Assembly (NCBI GenBank): GCA_963719945.1
Contig: CAVRDX010000003.1
Location: forward strand, 160,001-224,000
DNA length: 64,000 nucleotides
Direction: 5' to 3'
Source: an uncultured Thermoplasmata archaeon
GTDB lineage: Archaea; Thermoplasmatota; Thermoplasmata; UBA10834
The notes under the pieces were generated by a model. That model made no database searches. It was not told the origin of the DNA and saw only the letters and a list, made by a program, of their open reading frames with translations. Of this stretch, positions 20,337 to 29,137 are shown in pieces; position 1 is the first letter of the stretch; each line of letters opens with the position of its first letter. A program made the translations under genes and the position numbers.

Positions 20337-21977
20337 CTATTCGAAGTCACCCATGTCTCCGCCAGGACCGCCTGCTCCCGGTGGTCCCTTAGGACCGCCC
20401 CTGGATGCTATGACGTCATCGATCCTCAGGATCATGACGGCGGCGTCTGTCGCAGAGCTGATCGCCTGTCTTCCGACGCGAATCGGTTCAAGCACCTTCT
20501 CCTTCTTCATGTCGGTGATCTTGCCCGTGAAGACATTGATACCGGCATTTTTCTTTCCAGCCTTGTGTGCCTGTCTGAGTTCGATAAGTACATCGATCGG
20601 GTCGAGACCTGCATTCTCCGCAAGTGCTGTCGGAATGACTTCCAGAGCGCTTGCGAAAGCATCGATTGCGATCTGTTCCCTACCACCAACGGAAGCCGCA
20701 AAGTCTCTCAACTTGAGCGCCAGCTCAGCTGCTGCGGAACCTCCGCCAGTAACGAGCCTTCCATCCTCGAATGCTACCGAAACGACGCTTATGGCATCGT
20801 TCAGGGACCTGTCGACCTCATCGATCACGTGCTCCGTTCCGCCCCTGATCAATACTGATACGGCCTTCGGGTTCTTGCATCCGGTGACGAATGTCATCTT
20901 GTCATCAGCGATCTTCCTCTCTTCGACCATGTTGGCGACACCGAGGTCATCTGCCTTCAGATCGTCTAGCTTGGTCACGAGGTTCGCGCCTGTGGCCTTG
21001 GCGAGCTTTTCCATATCGCTCTTCTTGACCCTGCGGACCGCGTATACCCCGGCCTTCGACAGGTAATGCTGTGCGAGATCGTCGATGCCCTTCTGGCAGA
21101 ACAGCACGTTCGCGCCGGACTTCTTGACGGTCTCGACCATCTTCTTCAGCATGTTCTCCTCTTCATCGAGGAACGCATGCAGCTGGCTTGGGTCGGTTAT
21201 CTCGATCTTCGCATCTATCTCAGTCTTCTTGACTTCGAGCGCCGAATCGACGAGTGCGATCTTCGCCTTCTCGACCTTCTTCGGCATCGCTGGGTGAACT
21301 GCTTCCTTGTCGACGATGATTCCTGCGATCATTGTGGTGTCATCCGTGGAGCCACCCTGCTTCTTCACGATTTGGATGTCGTCTTCATCGACCGTCCATG
21401 CCCCCTCGCTGTTCTTCTCAGCGACAGCTGAGACCGCGTCGACTGCTACCTTTGCCAGCAATTCCCTGGATCCGGCGACGCTCTTGGATATCATTGATGT
21501 CTTTGCGATATCGATGAGTACGTCCCTGTCCTTGGAATCCACCTTGATGGATACCTCATCAAGGAACTCTCTCGCCTTCAGCGCCGCGAGTCTGTACCCG
21601 CCGGATATGACCGTTGGGTGTATGTTCTGTTCAATGAGTGCCTCAGCCTTCTTCAGGAGTTCACCGGTAAGGATGACTGCGGTCGTGGTTCCGTCCCCGC
21701 ATTCCTCGTCCTGTGTCTTGGCGACCTCGACGATCATCTTGGCCGCGGGGTGCTCGATGTCTATCTCCTTGAGGATAGTCACTCCATCGTTCGTTATTAC
21801 CACATCACCCATGCTGTCGACGAGCATCTTGTCCATGCCCCTCGGGCCCAATGTGCTCCTGACTGTATCGGCGATTGCTCTGGCTGCAGAAATGTTGTTG
21901 AACTGCGCGCCTTTTCCTTTCTCTCTCTTGGTTCCTTCTTTCAATATGAAAATGGGTGTTTGACCTATCAATTTCAT
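20337..21977 (-). CDS. ths: Thermosome (group II chaperonin) subunit
   Basis: [33 protein letters not shown], Gly-rich tail. Confidence 0.98.
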   Translation of the reverse strand: MKLIGQTPIFILKEGTKREKGKGAQFNNISAARAIADTVRSTLGPRGMDKMLVDSMGDVVITNDGVTILKEIDIEHPAAKMIVEVAKTQDEECGDGTTTAVILTGELLKKAEALIEQNIHPTVISGGYRLAALKAREFLDEVSIKVDSKDRDVLIDIAKTSMISKSVAGSRELLAKVAVDAVSAVAEKNSEGAWTVDEDDIQIVKKQGGSTDDTTMIAGIIVDKEAVHPAMPKKVEKAKIALVDSALEVKKTEIDAKIEITDPSQLHAFLDEEENMLKKMVETVKKSGANVLFCQKGIDDLAQHYLSKAGVYAVRRVKKSDMEKLAKATGANLVTKLDDLKADDLGVANMVEERKIADDKMTFVTGCKNPKAVSVLIRGGTEHVIDEVDRSLNDAISVVSVAFEDGRLVTGGGSAAAELALKLRDFAASVGGREQIAIDAFASALEVIPTALAENAGLDPIDVLIELRQAHKAGKKNAGINVFTGKITDMKKEKVLEPIRVGRQAISSATDAAVMILRIDDVIASRGGPKGPPGAGGPGGDMGDFE

Positions 21978-22247
21978 ACCTCCGTTTAATCAATCTGGAT
22001 TGACCAGTTCCTCCCCCCTGTTGCGGGGTTAGGGGTTCATATATGTTAGTGCTTCTATATAATGATTGCCGTTCATATGTTCGGCGATTCAAGCTGATTC
22101 GAATCATCCAGTTCCTGCAATGCCAACCATGCTCGCACCGACACTGGAATATGGTCTACTAATCGGAATCGGGCCATCGGTAAGTACTTGAATTAGGTAT
22201 GTATGACCGATATGCTTGCAAGAACATATCGCGCTGAGGTGACATTC

Positions 22248-23867
22248 ATGACTGACGCTGCAGCACAACAGGCAACAAAGAGCGATTCCGGGTACAGAAA
22301 CGGCTCACAGAGAACATATGTGAGCATCGCCTCCGATGAGAGCATTCATCAAAAATTCGCCATAGCCGCAGAGTCTCTAAGACGAGAGTTTGGCAGACGT
22401 CATCCGATGCATATCGGTGACAAGGAGGTCTTTGGCGATGGTGAGGAGATTGTACTGAGAAGCCCTTTGGACTCGAGGATCATATTGGGCAACTTCCAGG
22501 CAGCTTCCGGAGAACATGCTAGACAGGCAATCGAATCTGCGAATGATGCATTCCCACATTGGTCTTGCACCAGCTACGAGGAACGAGCGAGGATCTTCCG
22601 CAGGGCCGCCGACATATTGGAACAGAAGGCCTTCCATTTCGCAGCTCTGGCATCCTACGAGGTCGGCAAGAGCAGACTCGAAGCCCTTGCAGAGATGTAC
22701 GAAGTCGTGGATTGGTTCAGATACTATTGCGATCAGCTCGAATCCACGGAGGGTTTTCTTACACGCATGCGCTCGCAGGTGAAGGGAGAGCGATGCGTCA
22801 GCGTGCTTAAACCTTACGGCGCATGGGCAGTGATATCGCCGTTCAATTTTCCCATCGCCCTTGCGAATAACATGTGCGCTGGAGCTCTTATGATGGGCAA
22901 CACGGTCGTCTTCAAACCGACAAGTGCTGCTCCATTCAGCGGTTTGAAACTCTACCAGCTCTACAGGGATGCCGGGATCCCACCAGGTGTGATGAATATC
23001 GTCACTGGTCCTGGGAAGGCCTTCGGTGAGGCAGTGTCATCTCACCCGGGAGTCGCGGGCGTGGCCTTCGTCGGCTCTATGGTAGTGGGCAACGCCCTCA
23101 AGAAGAGCTTCACCGACAACCAGGCCTACACGAAGCCGTTCATATCCGAGATGGGTAGCAAGAACCCCGTCATCGTCACCGATGAGGCGGACATAGACAA
23201 AGCGGTCAAGGGCGTGATGAAAGGGGCATTCGGATTCCAGGGTCAAAAATGCAGCGCTACATCGAGGGCATATGTCCACCGGAGCATCGCGCAAGAGTTC
23301 ATCAAGAAGCTTGTGAAGGAGACCTCCGACCTACGCATAGGCAACCCGATTTCGAAGGATGTATTCCTCGGCCCAGTCATCGATTCACGCGCGGTAGACA
23401 CATACGTTAGCGCTATAGAGCTTGCAAAGAAGGATGGCGGCGATATTCTCTGCGGAGGAAAAGTCCTCTCCCAGGGGAATATGGCCTATGGATCCTATGT
23501 GGAGCCGACGGTGATAACTGGTCTTCCGACAGACCATTCTCTGTTCAAGGATGAATTGTTCCTCCCGATACTGGCAGTGGCTGAGTATGAGCATCTCGAT
23601 CAGGCGCTGGAACTCGCGAACAATACTGACTATGGTCTGACGGCGGGAATATTCACAGAGGATAAGGCTGAGATCGAGACCTTCTTCCGCAAGATACAGT
23701 TTGGAGTCTGCTACGCTAACAGGGCTGGTGGCGCCACAACCGGTGCTTGGCCCGGGGCCCAGGCTTTCGTCGGCTGGAAGGCGAGCGGCACCACTGGCAA
23801 GGGAGTTCTCGGCCCGCACTATCTGCAGGGTTTCGCGAGGGAACAATCCCATACAATCGTCGAATAA
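22248..23867 (+). CDS. Aldehyde dehydrogenase, 1-pyrroline-5-carboxylate dehydrogenase-like
   Basis: ISPFNFP, EMGSKN, FGFQGQKCSATSR, ELFLP, YGLTAG. ATG 22248 follows GAGGTGA. Confidence 0.88.
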   Translation: MTDAAAQQATKSDSGYRNGSQRTYVSIASDESIHQKFAIAAESLRREFGRRHPMHIGDKEVFGDGEEIVLRSPLDSRIILGNFQAASGEHARQAIESANDAFPHWSCTSYEERARIFRRAADILEQKAFHFAALASYEVGKSRLEALAEMYEVVDWFRYYCDQLESTEGFLTRMRSQVKGERCVSVLKPYGAWAVISPFNFPIALANNMCAGALMMGNTVVFKPTSAAPFSGLKLYQLYRDAGIPPGVMNIVTGPGKAFGEAVSSHPGVAGVAFVGSMVVGNALKKSFTDNQAYTKPFISEMGSKNPVIVTDEADIDKAVKGVMKGAFGFQGQKCSATSRAYVHRSIAQEFIKKLVKETSDLRIGNPISKDVFLGPVIDSRAVDTYVSAIELAKKDGGDILCGGKVLSQGNMAYGSYVEPTVITGLPTDHSLFKDELFLPILAVAEYEHLDQALELANNTDYGLTAGIFTEDKAEIETFFRKIQFGVCYANRAGGATTGAWPGAQAFVGWKASGTTGKGVLGPHYLQGFAREQSHTIVE

Positions 23868-24023
23868 GTGTGCACACAAATCTGCAATTTGAGATGCAGA
23901 CCCAACCCCCTGGTATCAATTGGGCTGCATCTCCTCTTTTTACGTATCTCGTAACTGTGAGCTTCTCCCATGTTCCACGCGGTCACGTTTATCTATTTGG
24001 AGACCTTCTGCGGCTTCTTGCCC

Positions 24024-24629
24024 ATGAGAATCGTCCCGCATATGTCGTTGAATGGTCGGAGTCTTCTGAGACGCGCGTACTCAAAGGAATCGATAGAAGA
24101 CATCGTCTCGCAACTATCCGACAAATTTGACATGTTATACTTATCAGATATTGACGGAATCACAAAGAATAGACCGCAGCTCGACGTGGCGCGCGAGATA
24201 TGTGAAGGAATACCAACGATGTATGAGGGTGGGCTAAGGTTCGGTCAGAATGTCATCGACATGCTCATCACAGGCGCGGAGAGCGCCGTCATCGGCACCG
24301 CGACGCTCGTCAGTCTCGAGGAGCTTGGGATAGCATTTAAGTTGTCCGAGAACATTACCTTCAAAGCAGACTACCGGGATGGGATCGTGAGTTTTGACCC
24401 CTCAATCGCTGGCAGGGCCATCTTCGACCTTTCTCGGGACGTGTTGGAGATAGGGATATCCAACGTACTCGTCCCGCAGGAACTGGCTGAAGATGCATCT
24501 AGGGCTAAGAGGGAGCTCGGATTCACCCTTGGAGTCTTCGCGACGATGACCGACCGATCGGCACTGGAACGGCTCGAGGTCGATTACATCGTAACAGAGG
24601 ATTTCGGGAGCATGGTAACGAATGAATGA
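24024..24629 (+). CDS. HisA/HisF-related TIM-barrel protein (divergent)
   Basis: LYLSDIDG, EGGLR, GAESAVIGTA. Confidence 0.65.
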   Translation: MRIVPHMSLNGRSLLRRAYSKESIEDIVSQLSDKFDMLYLSDIDGITKNRPQLDVAREICEGIPTMYEGGLRFGQNVIDMLITGAESAVIGTATLVSLEELGIAFKLSENITFKADYRDGIVSFDPSIAGRAIFDLSRDVLEIGISNVLVPQELAEDASRAKRELGFTLGVFATMTDRSALERLEVDYIVTEDFGSMVTNE

Positions 24630-25110
24630 TTTGCAGAAGAGTATCGCGGTCCTTTACAAGCGCAAGGGGAAGGATGTTTTGTCGGAGCGCGAGTTCGTGT
24701 TCTCAGCATCGATGGATATGAGATGGTTCTCTCCCAAGGATGCTCAGAAACTGATGGACGCAGGGCTGACGGGTGGATTCTTGGAGAAGAAGAACGGCAA
24801 CCTGATGCCGACCTTTGATTGGACATCTGCCGAGGTGCCCCTTGATTTCAAACCGAGCTCTGAAGCCATAAAGATGGGTGCGAAGCGTTCCCAGGATCTA
24901 TTCTCCGAGATAGTGGAGAATATCGTGAGGACGAAATCAGTGCCGAAGCGAGAGGTCGTGTCCAGAGTCAACAAGAAGCAGGAGCTGCTTGGAATCGATA
25001 TCGAGCCAGCTGCATTACTCGTGGCATCATCCTATGGACTGCAGGTCGATAAGTCTCACCTGGATAGGGCTATGTCTGCAGTCATGAGCAGGGATGTCTC
25101 CGCAGAATGA
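24622..25110 (+). CDS. DUF2240-like conserved archaeal protein
   Basis: SMDMRWFSPKDA...VPLDFKP. Overlaps the upstream gene (ATGAATGA). Confidence 0.8.
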   Translation: MNDLQKSIAVLYKRKGKDVLSEREFVFSASMDMRWFSPKDAQKLMDAGLTGGFLEKKNGNLMPTFDWTSAEVPLDFKPSSEAIKMGAKRSQDLFSEIVENIVRTKSVPKREVVSRVNKKQELLGIDIEPAALLVASSYGLQVDKSHLDRAMSAVMSRDVSAE

Positions 25111-25119
25111 GGGCGCGTA

Positions 25120-25608
25120 TCATTTCTGCATCTTTATCAGATCGGCCAGGGTGAGTGTCTTCGGGCCAGATTCCTTGGCCGCGACCACGGTCGAGACCTT
25201 CTCCTTCAGGACTATGCTTAGCTCATTCTGAAGCTTGACGATGAGCTTCTCATCAGGTCTCATGTCACCGGTCTCGATCTTGCTTATGATGGTCACTCGT
25301 TCGTTAAGGCGTGCAGCTAGATCCTTCTGGGTCAGTCCCTTGGTCTGTCTAGCATCACGGATGCGATCCGCATAATCGTCGACGAGATCCTTCTCAACGC
25401 CTTCGTAGATATCTCGTGGTCGAGACCTCTTCTCTCGGGACTCTAACCGCTGCGTTATCACCGGTTTCGGTCCCTCGGCCTCTTTGCCTTTATCTTTTCG
25501 TGCTTCCGTGCCGAATTTTGCACATTCGGTACAAACTTCAAGATGCACGCCTTCGATAGTCACCTTCTTGCAGAAGGTGACGTTCTTCCCGCACATCTCA
25601 CATATCAT
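25120..25608 (-). CDS. mbf1: Archaeal multiprotein bridging factor aMBF1
   Basis: CEMCG...VCTECAKFG Zn ribbon plus Cro-type HTH, C-terminal TLADL. Confidence 0.93.
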   Translation of the reverse strand: MICEMCGKNVTFCKKVTIEGVHLEVCTECAKFGTEARKDKGKEAEGPKPVITQRLESREKRSRPRDIYEGVEKDLVDDYADRIRDARQTKGLTQKDLAARLNERVTIISKIETGDMRPDEKLIVKLQNELSIVLKEKVSTVVAAKESGPKTLTLADLIKMQK

Positions 25609-25709
25609 GAAACCCAAGCCTCTTGCGTGAACCAGCAAAGGATAAATAGCGTATTTAACCTTATATCATTGCCAGCTCGGATTTGACATAAGAACTGGGG
25701 TGCATTATC

Positions 25710-26918
25710 TTGGAACAGGACCAATCCGCCGAGATGTTTGAAGAGATACAAAGGAGAATTTCGGTCCTTGAGGAGCGCAACCTCGAGCTTGTAGAGGAAG
25801 CTCGAAGAACCGAAGGTGAGAAGAGGTTCGTTGAGGGTGAACTCATTCGCCTTCAGAAGGAACTCAAGCGACTGAAGGCCGAGCTTGAGCGATTGAAGAC
25901 TCCACCGCTCATAATTGGTCAGATCAAGGATATACTCGCTGATGGCCGGGTAGTCGTCAAGAGCTCGACCGGACCAGATTTCGTTGTGAGCACATCAGAT
26001 TATGTATCATCCGATTTGTTGGTAGCTGGCGCCAGAGTCGCTCTGAACAAGCAGACGCTTGCGGTAATGGGTGTTCTGCCTCCGTCCCTGGACCCAATCG
26101 TTGTAGGTGCCGAGATAATAGCGAAGCCGGACACAGTCTATGAGGACATCGGAGGTTTGCGGGATCAGATCGTGGAGATAAGGGAAGCGGTCGAAGACCC
26201 ACTTCTCCGACCGGAACTCTATAAGAAGGTGGGTATTGACCCGCCGAAGGGTGTGCTTCTAGTCGGTCCACCGGGCACAGGAAAGACGCTCCTGGCGAAG
26301 GCCGTAGCGAAGCAGACCAATGCCACATTCATCCGGTTCGTCGGATCAGAGTTGGTGCAGAAATACATCGGAGAAGGCGCCAGACTGGTGCGGGAACTAT
26401 TCGATCTCGCTCGGCAGAAGGCCCCATCCATCGTGTTCATTGATGAGCTGGACAGCGTAGGCGCAAAGAGGCTTGAACTCGCAACCTCCGGCGATCGCGA
26501 GGTCCAACGCACGCTCATGCAGATACTGGCTGAGCTCGACGGGTTCAACCCGTTGGGAGAGGTCAAGATCATAGGAGCCACCAACCGGCCAGATATACTT
26601 GACGAGGCCTTGTTGAGACCCGGGAGGTTCGACAGGATCATCGAGATACCGATCCCGAACTACGAGGCGAGGTCCGAGATATTCAAGATACACAGCCGAC
26701 GCATGAATCTCGACGAGTCAGTCAACCTCGATGAGATGGCGTCCAAGGCTGAGGGTGCGACGGGTGCCGACATCAAGGCAGTCTGCACAGAGGCCGGGAT
26801 GTTCGCCATAAGGGAGAGCCGTGACATTGTCTCCATGGTCGATTTCGAGAAGGCCATTAACAAGGTGCTCGACGAGGATGACCAGAAGGCGATGGAGTCC
26901 GGCCCGATGTTCGCCTGA
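25710..26918 (+). CDS. pan: Proteasome-activating nucleotidase
   Basis: N-terminal coiled coil, OB fold, [28 protein letters not shown]-terminal MFA. Confidence 0.97.
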   Translation: MEQDQSAEMFEEIQRRISVLEERNLELVEEARRTEGEKRFVEGELIRLQKELKRLKAELERLKTPPLIIGQIKDILADGRVVVKSSTGPDFVVSTSDYVSSDLLVAGARVALNKQTLAVMGVLPPSLDPIVVGAEIIAKPDTVYEDIGGLRDQIVEIREAVEDPLLRPELYKKVGIDPPKGVLLVGPPGTGKTLLAKAVAKQTNATFIRFVGSELVQKYIGEGARLVRELFDLARQKAPSIVFIDELDSVGAKRLELATSGDREVQRTLMQILAELDGFNPLGEVKIIGATNRPDILDEALLRPGRFDRIIEIPIPNYEARSEIFKIHSRRMNLDESVNLDEMASKAEGATGADIKAVCTEAGMFAIRESRDIVSMVDFEKAINKVLDEDDQKAMESGPMFA

Positions 26919-26956
26919 GGGCCGAACCGGATTTCCTCTGCCCTATCTCTGAGGCA

Positions 26957-27148
26957 TCAATCAAACTCATTCTCTTCGATTTCTTTCTCTACGACGAAAG
27001 CGCCAATGTAGTTGCACTTCTTGCAGTGGTACTTGTACCCTGTGATCAGGGCGGCTTCGTAGTATAGGTCTGCCGAGCCGCACTGTGGACACGTCAGTAC
27101 CTTGCGTTTCTTCTTATGGTCCTTCGCCAAGGCAGAATCACTCGACAC
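26957..27148 (-). CDS. Small CPxCG zinc-finger protein
   Basis: CPQCGS...YHCKKCNYIG. Confidence 0.75.
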   Translation of the reverse strand: MSSDSALAKDHKKKRKVLTCPQCGSADLYYEAALITGYKYHCKKCNYIGAFVVEKEIEENEFD

Positions 27149-27201
27149 CTATGAGCGCACTGCCCTCTACAAAATGGCTTCGGTCAGTTGGATGAGCATT
27201 T

Positions 27202-28482
27202 TCAGTAATTGGACATGTCAGTCTTCATGAATTCTCGCATCAGACATGTCGCATAGCATCCTTTGTTCAACGCGAACCTGAACACTGTCGAGTCATCGAA
27301 GTGTTCGATCTCTAGATCTTTGCATAGCGCCAACAATTCTCGCCTGATCCCCTTGGATGAGGCCTCACGCAGGCCGACTATCTGAAAATCCATCCGCGAG
27401 ACGCCTTCATCCGCGATGACCTTCTTCTCGATCTCGCCCATCTCCCCTTCTGCGAAGGTCGAATCGGTCCCGTAGATGAGCCCGCTGACGAACGCCTTCT
27501 TCTCCCTCGCGTTCCTGCGCACCTTCTCCAGGTTGTCTTGGGTGACTGGAATCGGATTGTCATGGTCCGGCACTCCGTTCTTTTCGAGCGGCAGCACTAG
27601 GTCCCCGACAATAGGGTCATCGATAGCGATGCCCCTCCTCAACCTCTCGCTCAAGACTTCGTTGAACAGAAATGATTGGTATGCGTGGACGAACATCATC
27701 AGGAGGTTGCTGGGGAGTCTCCTCAGGGCTCCCAGGAAATCACCCGGATGATCCTTGATATGTCCGATCATCATCCTCTCGAATGTGAGCTTCATGGGGA
27801 ACTCGGCGAGCGCACGTTCGAAATCCCGAGTCTCTTGAAGGGTTCTGCGGGCGTCATTGATTTCGGAATCCTCATCCAATGGGTTAGCCACATAGCGCAT
27901 GACCGCTCCTTCTATGTCTCCTTTGGTGAGGTCCTTGCCGATTAGGTGGGTTATAGGCCTCACCGATCCGAACCTCTGGATGCCGAAGAAGTTCGGGAAT
28001 CCTCCGATGGCTTCGACTCTTTCAGCGACCGCTTTGCAGATATATCGCGCATCGGCCATGGGATCTTGTTCCGATACCCGGATGTCGAACTTGTTGCCGA
28101 TGAGATCGCCTATCGAGATCATTCGCTTGGCGCGGTAGACCTCCGATATCTCGACCTCGGGTATGGTGAGGGCCTGCACATCCTCAAGGGGTGCATTGAA
28201 CGACATCAACTGGGTCGCTACGGACCTTCCATCCTTCGTCCCTGCGAACCCTATCCGGTTCCTTCCCAGATGGAGGTTCGATGCTAGCCTTCTGACTAGT
28301 CGGTTCGCCTCCCAGTTCCTGTGCCACACTTTGGCTATGACAAAACGACCCTCAGGGTCTTCAGGGGGTCTTATGGAGATTTCGTCGACTCGGAAATCGT
28401 CAGGGGTCTTTCTGAGCTTGCCACCGATACCTGGCAGGTCCTCAGTGAGGAACACCTCTAGCCCCAGCTCGCTCTCTCTCAT
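27202..28482 (-). CDS. truD: tRNA pseudouridine(13) synthase TruD/Pus7
   Basis: DFRVDEI, FAGTKD, GNKFDI, PNFFGIQRFG, HAYQSFLFN, GCYAT. Confidence 0.95.
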   Translation of the reverse strand: MRESELGLEVFLTEDLPGIGGKLRKTPDDFRVDEISIRPPEDPEGRFVIAKVWHRNWEANRLVRRLASNLHLGRNRIGFAGTKDGRSVATQLMSFNAPLEDVQALTIPEVEISEVYRAKRMISIGDLIGNKFDIRVSEQDPMADARYICKAVAERVEAIGGFPNFFGIQRFGSVRPITHLIGKDLTKGDIEGAVMRYVANPLDEDSEINDARRTLQETRDFERALAEFPMKLTFERMMIGHIKDHPGDFLGALRRLPSNLLMMFVHAYQSFLFNEVLSERLRRGIAIDDPIVGDLVLPLEKNGVPDHDNPIPVTQDNLEKVRRNAREKKAFVSGLIYGTDSTFAEGEMGEIEKKVIADEGVSRMDFQIVGLREASSKGIRRELLALCKDLEIEHFDDSTVFRFALNKGCYATCLMREFMKTDMSNY

Positions 28483-28526
28483 GTGATCTTCAGAATGACA
28501 TCCGGATGTAAAAGCTTCGGTACGGC

Positions 28527-28802
28527 TCAACCCAGCTGCTTCTCGACAAGTTGTCTGGCCTCGAGGTACTGGTTGGCCAGAGCCTTGGCAGCCTTCTTGA
28601 GCGCAGCCTGGGGCTTTCCATCCTTGACAATGACGGTCAGCACTGGCTTGTCCAGCTGTGGATGACCCGTTGTGTACCTTGCGTTCTGGACATTCTTGTC
28701 CTGCAGCAGCTCGTGCAACAGCGGGTTTATGAGGGTCTCGTCCGCATCAAGTATCTCTACTTTGATGCTATCCTTCTTCTTCTCTATCAGCTTGAATTCC
28801 AT
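28527..28802 (-). CDS. rpoL: DNA-directed RNA polymerase subunit L (Rpo11)
   Basis: ETLINPL...ARYTTGHP, ~91 aa. Confidence 0.88.
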   Translation of the reverse strand: MEFKLIEKKKDSIKVEILDADETLINPLLHELLQDKNVQNARYTTGHPQLDKPVLTVIVKDGKPQAALKKAAKALANQYLEARQLVEKQLG

Positions 28803-28878
28803 GATCCTCGAATTCCCTCGTATGGACAGTGGGTTCATAAACGTTGCTGCTTGCCCGACGGGCATCCTGGCTAAGAAA

Positions 28879-29136
28879 TCACCGGGTTTTTCTGCCCTTC
28901 GTCGTCTTCTTCTTGGCCGCAGTCTCTTTCGCGTTCTTTGGACGAGCGCCGGAGGTCTTCTTCACCTTCTTCTTGACGGTCACGCCCTTAGCCTGTGCGG
29001 GTTTCGCCTTCTTCTTTCTTGGATACATGCTTCCGCACATCTTGCAGACATCTACCTCGCACCATTCTTCGCTCGATTCCGCAACGATCTTGATGATGCA
29101 GGGGCTGTTGCACCTCGGGCACTTGTTGGTTGCCAT
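28879..29136 (-). CDS. Small Zn-ribbon protein with Lys/Ala-rich tail
   Basis: CPRC...CKMCG followed by a K-rich tail. ATG immediately after the hef stop, GGAGT SD. Confidence 0.65.
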   Translation of the reverse strand: MATNKCPRCNSPCIIKIVAESSEEWCEVDVCKMCGSMYPRKKKAKPAQAKGVTVKKKVKKTSGARPKNAKETAAKKKTTKGRKTR

Positions 29137-29137
29137 T

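Noticed and set aside
18044-21989. Long plus-strand ORFs opposite dnaK, grpE and ths (e.g. 18737..19711, 19686..20858, 20353..21066)
   Set aside because: Antisense shadows of conserved genes, with no recognisable motifs.
22030-22075. CIRCE element upstream of the chaperone operon
   Set aside because: Only an AGCACT half-like sequence; the TTAGCACTC-N9-GAGTGCTAA inverted repeat is absent and no hrcA is in the window.
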